Assembly: GCA_963764625.1 (NCBI GenBank) | Contig: CAVXTH010000005.1 | Location: 320,001 to 384,000, forward strand | DNA: 64,000 bases | Reading direction: 5' to 3' | Source: Candidatus Krumholzibacteriota bacterium | Lineage (GTDB): Bacteria; Krumholzibacteriota; Krumholzibacteriia; JAJRXK01 | Part shown: positions 43,366 through 53,315 of the stretch, one piece after another | How positions within the stretch are numbered: position 1 is the first letter of the stretch | How the letters are laid out: every line of letters starts with the position of its first letter | The notes under the pieces: generated by a model | The model's input: the letters and a program-made list of their open reading frames with translations, nothing else | Databases searched by the model: none | Told to the model about the DNA's origin: nothing | Program-made: the position numbers and the translations under genes

Positions 43366-46300
43366 TCAGCGCGGCGCCGCCTCGCTTTCGATTTCCAGGT
43401 GGAAGCTCTGCGAACTTCCGCTCAGATCCGGCAGGTACATGCCGAAGATGCGCGCCACCGGCACCTTGAAGGCGCCCGGGCTCTCGGCGCGCAATTCGTG
43501 AGTGAATTCGTGTTCCCCCTCGCTCAGATGGCCGAAGAAGAAGACGTCGCCCTCGTCACGCACCTCGCGCCTTCCGGAGAGACTGCCGTTCGCGAACCAT
43601 CCGCTCAGGCGCTCCACAGCTTCGCACCCCGCGGGACGTGGATCCTCCACCGCAACGTAATCCAGTTCGCGGTGCGCGTTCAGTTTCAAGCGAACGCGAA
43701 GCCGGTCACCACTCTTGACCTGCGCCCCGTCCTCGAGAGGCTCTTCGAGCAAGATCACGCTACCGCCGAGAGTGCGCTGCGGCACGAGCCGCGCGTACTC
43801 CCGCCGCACCGACAGCCAGTTCTCGGTGACCGCCGGTCGCTCCTGCGCCGTCCAGGTGTCGAAGGAAAGGTTCGCATAGGCGCTGCCTTTCCCCTCCAGG
43901 CTCAAATCGACGCGGCCTCCCGCACTCTGCAAGGCGCTCACGTCGATCGGCCAAGAGCCTCCGGCGTCGAGCAGATTGTCGCGGGTGACCTTGATGCGCA
44001 GGACTTCCTCCTGCCCCACATGTGCGCTCAGCGTGAAGGAGGGATCGGTCTCGCCTTCAGCCCGCGCGAAGTCGCAGAGCGCGAAGATGGCGTGCGCCGA
44101 GGCGCGTGTGCTGTCCCAGCGCTCTCCCTCGCGGTTCGCCACCAACCAGCGCGCGGACTCGCGGGTCAGGGGATCGGCGGGCGCGAGTTCGAGCAGGGCC
44201 TGCAGCGCGAAGGAAGTGGCCTCGACCGCTCCGTCGCCGCGCCACCAGTAGCCTCGTTTTCTCCCCCAGTGCGCGGTCCCGTACTTCTGGTCTCGCTGCA
44301 CCGATTCCCGCAGCTTTGCCAGCACCAGAAGCGCCTGTTCATGATGTCCGCTGCGCTGCAGATAGGAAGCCAGAAGGGCGCGCGCGTAGTCGCGCAGCGA
44401 ATCGCGTTCCTCGAAGAGCAGTTGGGCGAAGCGCGCCATCGTCTCGTCTTCGTTGAGGGCCAGGTTGCGCGTTTTGGGGACCGCCCCGGCCCGATCGACC
44501 TCCGCCAGCGCGTGCAGTGCGTAGGCGAGATCGTCCGGGTTGTTTTCGAGTGAGGGAAGCAGCTGGCGCAGTCGATCGCGTCCTCGCCGCATGACCAACG
44601 CCGCCACCGTCTGACCACTCCTCTCTGCCTGCGCGAGAGCCAGCAACGCATAGGCGGTCAGGTAGGGTTGGCTCTCGTCCTGCGACCACCAACCCCACCC
44701 TCCGTCGGGCCGCTGCATGCTCGCGATACGGGCCAGGCCCTGCGCGATCTTCTCGTCGAGCTTCGGATCGAAGCGTGAGGTCGAAACGCCGAGTTCTCGG
44801 GCCGCGGCACGCACCGCCAGTGCGGGCACGAAACGCGACAGAGTCTGTTCGGTGCAGCCGTAGGGGTAGTCGGCTAGATAGGGCAGCGCATCGACGCAGG
44901 CCGAGAGAACACCGGGCGAGACGGTAAGCACGGCGCGACTCAGATCGTCGCGGCGCTGCGTGGGCAAGTCCAGCTGCAGGCTCTGGCGTTCCTTTCCCGT
45001 GCGCAGCTCTTTCGCCGCGACCACGCGCAAGGGAGTGCCCCAGGGATAGACTTCGACGGTGCGCACGAAGGCGTCGGAACCCTGCGCACTTCTCGCCTCG
45101 ATGGTGACCCTCACCCGGCGCGGGCTGACCACGATGCTGCCGCTTTCCTCGTCACGGCTCAGGCTGAGCCTGGCTGCGTCTTTCGGCACTCTCGCCACCA
45201 AATCGACGCTGGCCTGTCCCTCAGCGGGAACGTGGACCTGTGCATCCTCCTGCTCGAGCTGCAGACCCTCGGCCTTCAGATGCAGGCGCGCGTCGATGGG
45301 AGTGGACCGTTCGTTGTGCACGGTGGCCGTGAAGTGGAAGCGATCGCCTTCGCGGAAGATCCGCGGGTGGTTCAGGCGCACCATCAGCTCTTTGTGGGTG
45401 TGGGTCTCGGTCTCGGCCTGACCCCCACGGTTCTCAGAATCCAGCGCGAGCGCCCAGGCGTTCCAGGTGGTGAGGTTGTCCGGTAGGGAGACCTCGAGTT
45501 GTGCGGTGCCGTCCTCATCGGTCGTCACCATGGTGCGCCACAACGCGGTGGTGCGGAAATCGCTCCGAAGGTCGACGCTTGGCTGCGCCCCTGAGGGCGC
45601 GGAAGACGGCTGCAGTTTCGGGAGCTCGGCTTGGGTATCGGAGGACATGGCAAGGGCAGCCGGAAGTCGTTCCGCCAGGTCGGCGTCCTGGCGAGAATTC
45701 ATGTTCGCGACACCTCCCATCGCGGAGCCCTCGAATCGCCGATTCAGTTCAGGGCTCTCGACCTGCGCCGACGCCTCCTCCCGGCTCGCGAACTCGCGGT
45801 ACGAACCGAAGAATTGCGGCGAGAGCGTGGGGTAGGGCAAACCGCGCACGGGAAAGCTTTGGAGAATGCGGTTCAGGTCCGGCTGCGGGCGCGGCACGAG
45901 TTGCAGGATCGCGTCATCCACCACCGCCACCGTGAAGCTCGTCCGCACGGGCTGGCCCTCGAGGTCCGTCGCTAGGACACGAAGGTGCGCCGTGTCGCCG
46001 GGTCGGTAGTCGGTGGAATCGAAGGCGAGCTCCAGCTTCAAGAACCGTTCCTTGGCCGGGGTCTCCACGCGCAGCGTGGCTTCCTGGAAGCGATAGTCCC
46101 AGGCGGCGGCCGCGCGCAGATTGAAATAGGGCCGGTGGGATGCATCGAGAGGAATCTCGAGCAGGCGCGCGTTTCCGCGCAGCTTCACCACTTCGCTCGT
46201 CGTCTTGGCGCCAAAGCTCTGGGTGAGGTGTACCGAAATGCCGGGACGCTCGCTCACGATCAGCACCCGCGCGACATCGCCCAAGAAGGCATCCTGTTGC

Positions 46301-49083
46301 GCGATGAGTGTGAGCCCGGTGCCCCCGCCAACCAGGAGTTTCTCGCGCGGGTCGGCGCAGTACACCGCGGTCTCCGCCTGCACTGCGTTCCCTCGTGTGT
46401 CCTTCGCGGTAAACCGAACCGCGTACTGGCCGGGGTTTTTCGCCGCGAAAGTAAACCAAGCCTCTCCGCTTGCATCCACCGTCAGGTCCTGATCGTAAAG
46501 CCGCTCCATGGACGCGTTTTTGTCGGTAAGCCAGAGGCTGCAGACTCCCGTGATCGCGGCCGCCCGTCCCATGAGATCTTCGACGTGCACGCGGACTTTG
46601 GCCGAATCGCCCGGCGCGACGATATAGAGCGTCGGCGCCAGCGAGGCGTAGACTTCCTGCGCACCCACGCGCAGCCGTGCCGTGTTCGTTTCCTCCCTGC
46701 GACTGGCGTCGGTGACGCGGGCTTCGATCGAATATTCGAAGCGTCCGTTGGGCGCTTCGGCGGGAGCCTCCGTGGGAAGGGTCAGCTCCGCTTCGCCCTT
46801 TTCGTTCAAGCTGAGTGTTTCTCGTAGCACTTCCTGTCCGGGGGCATGTCCTGGCCAGGGGCGCAGCGCGCGATCGGTTTGGCCTTGCAGGTAAAAGGGC
46901 ATCGGCCGCCAGATCTCGTAGTAGGGGTTTCTGTGCACCACCACTTCGGCGCTGCCCTGGACCGCGCCGCCGAAGAGATACTCGGCCGACACTTTCACTT
47001 TCAAAGTGTCGCCGAGCACGTAGCGCCGCTCTCGGTCGAGCTCCACCTTCACGCGAAACTCGGGTAGACGGTATTCATCGACCTGGAAACTCCCGTAACA
47101 GAGTCCCGTTCCTCCGGAACGTACCTGCACCGAATACGCTCCCAGGGCAGGGCGCGAAGACAGAGGAAAGACCATCTCCAGCGCACCATTCGCGTCGAGG
47201 GTCTGCGTTTCGTGCAGGACCTCGCTCCCGTCGGGCGCCCGCACCACCAACTCGACCGAACGCGGCTTGGGCAGCTCCAAGCTTCGTTCGGGCAGATTCG
47301 CGCGCCGAAGCAGGGCTTGCAGATGCACCGTCTCGCCGGGCCGATAGAGAGGACGATCGGTCAGGATGAACCCACGCCATTCGTAGGGTTCCTGGCTCGA
47401 CGGCGAACCCACATAGACCGGCGCGCTGAGGACCACGGGATGTCCCCGAAGCTCTCCCACCGCCAGGATCTGCTCCTGATAGTGGACATCGGGCAGAGCC
47501 TTGATCCGGCCCAAACCATCGGCATCGAGTTGGACTCTGGATTCTTGGGAAGACCATTTCCTTCCCTGCGTCATGAAGTAGCTGCGCACCAGAAGTTCGG
47601 TGGTTCCGCCCAGGGAGCTGCCATCCATCTTCGTCAACCAGAACTCGATTTCCCCGCTGGCCATGGGCGTCGCCAATAGCCCCAGATCGGTGACCTGAAC
47701 CAAGAGATGAGAGACGACGGGTTGGGAATCGCCACTGTTGTTCATGCTGTCCGAGGGCTCCGATGCCCCAGTGGGAAAGCGTGAGCCCCGGAACACGGCC
47801 CAATACAGGCCCACTCTCAGGGGCTGAAGTACCACGGTGGTGTCGCGCGGGACGTGGGATTCAGCGGCGCCTTCCCGCGCGGCGATTTCCTCTTCATCCT
47901 TCCGCTCCAGGTGGTAGACGAGAGTTCCGGCGCCATCACGGTAGCGAGGCCCCAAAGACAGCGGATTCGATTGCGGGCCCCCGTCCGTGAGGGGAAGAAG
48001 ATCCTTTCGCGGATCGATTTGGCGCAGCTCCAGCCGCCATTCGCGCAGATTGCGCCACTGGAGGTGGAGATTGTGGAAGGAGCCGGGTCGGTACAACTGG
48101 GCCCCACTGAGTTCCGCCTCTGGCTCTACCAGTCGGTTCAAGATCTCGTGCGCCGCGCGCGCGTCGTCGGTCTTGGTCTCGCCCAGATCCGCCGCGAGCT
48201 GGGCCTGGCGCACCGCCTCTTCGTAGTGGCGCAGCGTCTCCTCGGCGGCCGCCAGCACCAGATGGCAACGCGCCGCGAGTGCGTCCTCAGGAGAGAGCTT
48301 CAGGACATCACGCGCGATCTCCTGTCGAACCTCGAGTTCCTCGGAAAGGGCCGGCGCTTGCTCCGCCGTATACCTGATGGGCGTGGGAGCTCGGCCACTC
48401 AACAGCCGCTCCGCGAGCGAGAAGAGAACTTCCCGCGGTGCGGGCGCTCGGAAGAGGTTCCTCCACATCCGCAGGTAGCTGCGGTCAGGAGTAACCCATC
48501 GAGTCCGATCCCCGAGAGCGGCTTCGAGCAGCGCCGCGTACGCGGTCGTGCTCTCCTCGCTGATCGTTTGGGTCTCCCAGTAGGCCGCGGCGTCGTTGAA
48601 GGTGCGACCGCTGTCGGAGTTGGCGCCCTGAATTCTCACGATCTCGGTTGCGACGCGCGCTCCAGGGCGATCCATTTCCTTCTGTTGCAGGAAAAGTCGA
48701 GCCTGGAGCAGGAGCGCGTCGAGATCCTGTGTGTCTGGGTTCTCCTGCGCCCATCGCAGTTGAGCCGCCAGACGCCACGATTCGCTTTCGCGCGGACGCC
48801 AGTTCGGCGCTTGGTTTCGAAGAGTCTCGAAAGCATCGAGAGCGGCGTGATAGAGCTGCTGCTGAAAGAGCGAACGTCCTTCGTCGTACAGCGCTGACGG
48901 TTTCTCTGGCATCGAGTGGGCCGAGGAGGTGCCCGAACTCCCCTGGGGTGCTTCGGCGCTGGGGCTTCCCGCCCCGAGCAGGCCGATGCCGCTCAGCAGA
49001 AGAATCAACCCGAGAAATGCAAGACGATGCCGGCCGCTGGATCTAGATCTCATCTCCGCTCCTCCATTGGGTCCTCGGGTCAT
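43366..49083 (-). CDS. Alpha-2-macroglobulin family protein with TPR-like N-terminal extension
   Basis: TDRPLYRPGETV, EYRLPEF, LRSDF, LPDNLTTW, thioester YPYGCTEQ, EDPRPAG; start uncertain within 49053-49104. Confidence 0.95.
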   Translation of the reverse strand: MTRGPNGGAEMRSRSSGRHRLAFLGLILLLSGIGLLGAGSPSAEAPQGSSGTSSAHSMPEKPSALYDEGRSLFQQQLYHAALDAFETLRNQAPNWRPRESESWRLAAQLRWAQENPDTQDLDALLLQARLFLQQKEMDRPGARVATEIVRIQGANSDSGRTFNDAAAYWETQTISEESTTAYAALLEAALGDRTRWVTPDRSYLRMWRNLFRAPAPREVLFSLAERLLSGRAPTPIRYTAEQAPALSEELEVRQEIARDVLKLSPEDALAARCHLVLAAAEETLRHYEEAVRQAQLAADLGETKTDDARAAHEILNRLVEPEAELSGAQLYRPGSFHNLHLQWRNLREWRLELRQIDPRKDLLPLTDGGPQSNPLSLGPRYRDGAGTLVYHLERKDEEEIAAREGAAESHVPRDTTVVLQPLRVGLYWAVFRGSRFPTGASEPSDSMNNSGDSQPVVSHLLVQVTDLGLLATPMASGEIEFWLTKMDGSSLGGTTELLVRSYFMTQGRKWSSQESRVQLDADGLGRIKALPDVHYQEQILAVGELRGHPVVLSAPVYVGSPSSQEPYEWRGFILTDRPLYRPGETVHLQALLRRANLPERSLELPKPRSVELVVRAPDGSEVLHETQTLDANGALEMVFPLSSRPALGAYSVQVRSGGTGLCYGSFQVDEYRLPEFRVKVELDRERRYVLGDTLKVKVSAEYLFGGAVQGSAEVVVHRNPYYEIWRPMPFYLQGQTDRALRPWPGHAPGQEVLRETLSLNEKGEAELTLPTEAPAEAPNGRFEYSIEARVTDASRREETNTARLRVGAQEVYASLAPTLYIVAPGDSAKVRVHVEDLMGRAAAITGVCSLWLTDKNASMERLYDQDLTVDASGEAWFTFAAKNPGQYAVRFTAKDTRGNAVQAETAVYCADPREKLLVGGGTGLTLIAQQDAFLGDVARVLIVSERPGISVHLTQSFGAKTTSEVVKLRGNARLLEIPLDASHRPYFNLRAAAAWDYRFQEATLRVETPAKERFLKLELAFDSTDYRPGDTAHLRVLATDLEGQPVRTSFTVAVVDDAILQLVPRPQPDLNRILQSFPVRGLPYPTLSPQFFGSYREFASREEASAQVESPELNRRFEGSAMGGVANMNSRQDADLAERLPAALAMSSDTQAELPKLQPSSAPSGAQPSVDLRSDFRTTALWRTMVTTDEDGTAQLEVSLPDNLTTWNAWALALDSENRGGQAETETHTHKELMVRLNHPRIFREGDRFHFTATVHNERSTPIDARLHLKAEGLQLEQEDAQVHVPAEGQASVDLVARVPKDAARLSLSRDEESGSIVVSPRRVRVTIEARSAQGSDAFVRTVEVYPWGTPLRVVAAKELRTGKERQSLQLDLPTQRRDDLSRAVLTVSPGVLSACVDALPYLADYPYGCTEQTLSRFVPALAVRAAARELGVSTSRFDPKLDEKIAQGLARIASMQRPDGGWGWWSQDESQPYLTAYALLALAQAERSGQTVAALVMRRGRDRLRQLLPSLENNPDDLAYALHALAEVDRAGAVPKTRNLALNEDETMARFAQLLFEERDSLRDYARALLASYLQRSGHHEQALLVLAKLRESVQRDQKYGTAHWGRKRGYWWRGDGAVEATSFALQALLELAPADPLTRESARWLVANREGERWDSTRASAHAIFALCDFARAEGETDPSFTLSAHVGQEEVLRIKVTRDNLLDAGGSWPIDVSALQSAGGRVDLSLEGKGSAYANLSFDTWTAQERPAVTENWLSVRREYARLVPQRTLGGSVILLEEPLEDGAQVKSGDRLRVRLKLNAHRELDYVAVEDPRPAGCEAVERLSGWFANGSLSGRREVRDEGDVFFFGHLSEGEHEFTHELRAESPGAFKVPVARIFGMYLPDLSGSSQSFHLEIESEAAPR

Positions 49084-49288
49084 GTTTCCTTCAAAGCCCT
49101 TCATTCCCCTCTACCCTGGTGGAGCCCGGACTATTCCCCGCCGTCTCGATTTCCCTCTGCACGGGCGCGAATCGCCACGAAGAGGCCATTCCCGCTCGCC
49201 GCAGCCCCTCCTAGGGCTTAGACTGTGGCACCAGAATTCGCCAATTCCATCCGTGGCTTTTGATTTCGCATTTCGAGGAGACCGATCG

Positions 49289-50323
49289 ATGTCCCCAGCC
49301 TCTACTTCCTGGATCCGCATCTTCGCCAGCGCGCTTGTCTGTCTCGCGGCAATTCCAAGCGCGGCGAAGGACAGAGAGTACAGCAAAGAGGTTCCGAACA
49401 AGGATTACAAGATCTGGGAGTTCGATACGGGCCAGGGCTACTCCATGCATCTTTCGGGCATCTTCTGGGATCCCGGCGAAGGCCGCCGTCTCGCGTGCCT
49501 CCCGCCGGAAGACCTGGACTCTTCTCTCTATTTGAAGACCATGAACGGGCAGAAAGGTTGGGCCTACTGGTTCGCGGACCAGCACTGGAACTTCTTCGTC
49601 GCCGATCTTCCCGGAACCGAGAAGACAGTTCCCTCGCCGAATCCCGACATCGTCAAACTCACCGAAGATGCGGTGGCGGCCACCTACAAGCTGGGAGTCG
49701 CTACGCAGCCCCGCGCCTTCTACGCCCAGGGACTCGGCGCCGCGTTCTGCATCAAGCTGCGCTCCACCACTCCCAATGCGATTCCGGCTGCGATTCTTCT
49801 CGACCCCATCGGAACCAAAGGGATGCAACCGAAGATTACCGATACGGTGGAGCAAGTCGCTTCCTGGGACGACAGCCTGGAGGAACACCTCTGGGTGAAA
49901 TGGGGGCTGGGCCCGCGACCCGGCAAACTCTACCCGGATTCCGATTTGGGAGAGGAAGGGTTTCGCGCGTTGATGGAGCACTACGATCACAACGCTCCTC
50001 CCTTCTGGGCCACCGTATTGACCGGGCTGCAAACCTGGATGGAAATCAAAAACCCCATGAACATCGCCAACTGGCCGGTTCTGTTGGTCCGTGGACCTCA
50101 TCCCACGCCGGAGATGGACGCTCGTCGTGAGGCGGTCAAGGCGTGGCTGTCTGAGAACGGCGCCTCGATCGAAGAGATGGATCTGGGGAAGGAGGGGCCG
50201 CCCGGCCTGAGCAACTTGCCGATGGCCGGCGCCAAGGCCGATTCGGTCGCGGCCCTGTTCATGGAATGGCTGAAGAATCTGCCGAACAATCCCGACTTTC
50301 ATGCCCCGAAACCCCAACCCTGA
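49289..50323 (+). CDS. Secreted alpha/beta-hydrolase-fold protein, catalytic residues apparently absent
   Basis: RBS GAGGAG; signal peptide; GWAYWF...VADLPG; YAQGLG at the nucleophile elbow; ILLDP. Confidence 0.6.
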   Translation: MSPASTSWIRIFASALVCLAAIPSAAKDREYSKEVPNKDYKIWEFDTGQGYSMHLSGIFWDPGEGRRLACLPPEDLDSSLYLKTMNGQKGWAYWFADQHWNFFVADLPGTEKTVPSPNPDIVKLTEDAVAATYKLGVATQPRAFYAQGLGAAFCIKLRSTTPNAIPAAILLDPIGTKGMQPKITDTVEQVASWDDSLEEHLWVKWGLGPRPGKLYPDSDLGEEGFRALMEHYDHNAPPFWATVLTGLQTWMEIKNPMNIANWPVLLVRGPHPTPEMDARREAVKAWLSENGASIEEMDLGKEGPPGLSNLPMAGAKADSVAALFMEWLKNLPNNPDFHAPKPQP

Positions 50324-50330
50324 GTCTTTC

Positions 50331-51041
50331 ATGGCCAACTGCGTCATCGATATCGAAACCAGTGCCCTAGACGAGGCGGAGGTCGCGTCCGCTCTGGTGG
50401 AGAAGCTGAAGGCGGCGGCGGAGGACGACGAGGACTGGCGGGAAAAGCTCGCCCTCTATGCTCTGGGCGCATCGGTGGTGACGATCGGACTCTACAGCCC
50501 CGAAACCGGGCGCGCGGCGATGCTCTACGACGACCGGCACGGGGCGATCGACTCCATCGGGGCCATGCCGCGAGTGGATCAGGTGACGCTCATCGGCGGG
50601 GACGAGCGGAAAATCCTGGAAGAGTTCTGGGGAATGGTACCTAGCTTCGGCTGCGTCGTGAGCTACAATGGGCGCGGTTTCGACGTCCCCTTCCTCCTGC
50701 AGCGCTCTTTGATCCATGGGCTGACGGTGAGCCGCAATCTCATGCCGCCGCGCTTCTCATCCATGCGCGAACACATGGATCTGGCCGAAGTGCTGAGTCA
50801 ATTCCGCGCGACGCGACCCTACGGGCTCGAGGCCTGGTCGCAGGCCCTGGGGGTGAAGAGCCCCAAGGAGGGCGAGGTCAAGGGGGCGGAAGTGAGCGCC
50901 GCATTCCGTGAGGGACGAATCCGTGAGATTGTCGAATACTGCCTGCGGGACGTCGTGGCTACCGCGGAGATCGCGGCAAGAGTGAGTCGAGACTGGGGCA
51001 AGGCATTGAACTTGCCGGCGATTCGCTTCAACGACGGCTAG
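50331..51041 (+). CDS. RNase H-like 3'-5' exonuclease (DEDDy, PolB-exo-like)
   Basis: VIDIET, YNGRGFDVPFL, HMDL, EYCLRDV. Confidence 0.88.
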   Translation: MANCVIDIETSALDEAEVASALVEKLKAAAEDDEDWREKLALYALGASVVTIGLYSPETGRAAMLYDDRHGAIDSIGAMPRVDQVTLIGGDERKILEEFWGMVPSFGCVVSYNGRGFDVPFLLQRSLIHGLTVSRNLMPPRFSSMREHMDLAEVLSQFRATRPYGLEAWSQALGVKSPKEGEVKGAEVSAAFREGRIREIVEYCLRDVVATAEIAARVSRDWGKALNLPAIRFNDG

Positions 51042-51062
51042 AAGGAAGAGAATCCACCGATC

Positions 51063-51953
51063 ATGGATCCCACTCTGCTCCCCGCTCCCCTTGCTCGCTG
51101 TCGAGAACTGACGGTTCGTTCTCCCAACCACCTCCACCATGCCGCGGAAAAATTCGAGGAGAGCACCCGTTACGATTTCTTTCTCAGCGCCTACGCGTGC
51201 ATGCGAACCCTGGATGATCTGGTGGACGAGGAGTTTCTGCGTCTTCCATCGAGAGAACGTGCGCAGCGTCGTACTGATGTTCTCGACCGGGTGGCCGAGT
51301 GGGAAGCTCAGGTGACGGCCGCCGCCAGTGGAGAATACCGCGCGCGAGACGACGGCTTCGAGCCCCTGGTCTTCACCGCGCTGAATTCGTGTCTCGGCGC
51401 GAGTGATCTGGGAAGCGGGCCCTTCTTGCGGCTGGCGCGAAGTCTACGGCGCGACGTACGCGAGGAACGGCTCGCCACCTGGCAAGATCTTCTCGACTAC
51501 TGCGAGGGAGCGGCGGTGGCTCCCGGAGCGGTCTTCCTCTACTTGCTCGCGGCACGGGAGGACGATCGCGGCCGGCTCAGACTCTCCCCCGAGATCGAGG
51601 TGATGGAGGAAGCGCGCGACCTGGCCCACTTTTGTTATTTCACGCACATCGTCCGCGACCTGCGAAAGGACGCCGCCTCGAGCACCCAGCTCCTCACTCT
51701 GCCGGACGAGCTACTGAAGCAGTCGGGCTACTCTCGCGCGAGTTTCTCGCGCGCGGTCCTGCAGGGCGACAAGGGAGTGCGGCCGGTGATACTCCAGATG
51801 CTGGGCGAAGCCGAATCGGCGGGAGCCAGGGCGCGCGAGCGGATGGAGGCGCTGCGCCGCAAACTGCCCGTGGGCAAGAGCGCGATCCTGGACTATCTCT
51901 TCGACCTCTACCGCGACGCCCACGAATCCGTTCGGGCAATCTGGTCCAACTAG
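51063..51953 (+). CDS. Squalene/phytoene synthase family protein
   Basis: YACMRTLDDLVDE, TWQDLLDYC, THIVRDLRKD. Confidence 0.8.
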   Translation: MDPTLLPAPLARCRELTVRSPNHLHHAAEKFEESTRYDFFLSAYACMRTLDDLVDEEFLRLPSRERAQRRTDVLDRVAEWEAQVTAAASGEYRARDDGFEPLVFTALNSCLGASDLGSGPFLRLARSLRRDVREERLATWQDLLDYCEGAAVAPGAVFLYLLAAREDDRGRLRLSPEIEVMEEARDLAHFCYFTHIVRDLRKDAASSTQLLTLPDELLKQSGYSRASFSRAVLQGDKGVRPVILQMLGEAESAGARARERMEALRRKLPVGKSAILDYLFDLYRDAHESVRAIWSN

Positions 51954-51986
51954 AGGCTTTCTCACACCGGCCCGAGGAGCTCGAGC

Positions 51987-53201
51987 GTGACGCAATCGGA
52001 GAATCTAGCGGACGTCCTACTTCATGGAATGGCTCACGGCGGAGAGGCCGTGGGGCGTATCGAGGATGGTCGTGCGGTTTTCGTGGCGGGGGGAATCCCG
52101 GGCGAGCAGGTGCGGGTACGCATCCTCAAGGAACAAAAGCGCTGGGCTCGAGCGGAACTGGTGGAAGTTCTCAGCCCGAGCGAAGACCGCGTGGAGCCCC
52201 CCTGTCAGTACTTCGGAGTATGCGGCGGTTGTCAGTGGCAACACATCGCCCTGAACCGACAGCGCGCCCTGAAGCGTGAGATCGTACAGGGGCAGATTCG
52301 TCACCTCGGAGGAATGGAAACGATCAGCGTCGAGGAGACGCGGGCCGCGGGTGAACCCGACGGGTTCGGCTACCGCAACCACGCCACCTTCGCGGTCGAT
52401 GCGCAGGGCCATACGGCCTACCACCGCGCAAAGGGACGCGAGCTCGTGCCCATCGATCGCTGTCTGCTGCTGCACCCCCTTCTGCGCGAGGGCCACGAGG
52501 CCCTGCCCCTTCTGCCGGGCTTGCGAAGTCTCGAGCTGCGCGCTGGCGTGCGTACGGGACAGAGATTGGTGATGGCGACCGGCCAAGTCGACCCCGCTCC
52601 GGTAGAGGAAGCAGCGGCGCGCGGAGTCCACCTGCGCGGTCCGGGGGAAGGAGAAATCACCGAGATGGTGCACACCGAGAGGTACCGCATCTCCTCGAAG
52701 TCGTTCTTTCAGGTGAACACCGATGGTGCCGAGATTCTCGTCGATCTCATGCTGGAAATGCTGGACCCCTCACCCGAAGACCAGGTGCTCGATGCGTTCG
52801 CGGGCGTCGGGCTCTTCACGCTTCCCCTGGCCCGCAGGAGCGCCCGCGTGTTCGCGGTGGAGCGGAGCAAGGCGGCGCTGCGCGATCTGCGCTTCCTGGT
52901 GAAAGGTCTCCCGGTGCACGTGGTGGGAGTGGACATCGACCATGCTGGCGACCAACTCCCCCCGCGAGTGAATCTGGCGGTGGCCGACCCCCCACGCGAG
53001 GGACTCGGCGAAACCAACGCGAAGCGACTGGCCCAGATGCAGCCCCGGCGTCTGGTTCTGGTGAGCTGTGATCCCGCCTCCCTGGCCCGCGACCTCAAGA
53101 ATCTCAGCGAATCCGGGTACGTTCTACAGCGCGCCGTCCCCGTCGATCTCTTTCCCCACACCTACCACGTGGAGACGGTCGCCCTCTTACGGCGCTCCTG
53201 A
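51987..53201 (+). CDS. rlmD: TRAM-domain RNA (uracil-C5)-methyltransferase
   Basis: TRAM domain, CxxxxxCGGC, SFFQVN, DPPREG, VSCDPASLARD, FPHTYHVE. Confidence 0.88.
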   Translation: MTQSENLADVLLHGMAHGGEAVGRIEDGRAVFVAGGIPGEQVRVRILKEQKRWARAELVEVLSPSEDRVEPPCQYFGVCGGCQWQHIALNRQRALKREIVQGQIRHLGGMETISVEETRAAGEPDGFGYRNHATFAVDAQGHTAYHRAKGRELVPIDRCLLLHPLLREGHEALPLLPGLRSLELRAGVRTGQRLVMATGQVDPAPVEEAAARGVHLRGPGEGEITEMVHTERYRISSKSFFQVNTDGAEILVDLMLEMLDPSPEDQVLDAFAGVGLFTLPLARRSARVFAVERSKAALRDLRFLVKGLPVHVVGVDIDHAGDQLPPRVNLAVADPPREGLGETNAKRLAQMQPRRLVLVSCDPASLARDLKNLSESGYVLQRAVPVDLFPHTYHVETVALLRRS

Positions 53202-53315
53202 GCGGCGCGAGCGGCACGATTCTTCCCTGTCGTCCTCTCTTGAACGTTTGCACGCGCTGGCGACCTCGCTCGCGGGCGCCGCGCAACGCCGCTCGCGGAG
53301 AGGACTGCTCGGCCC

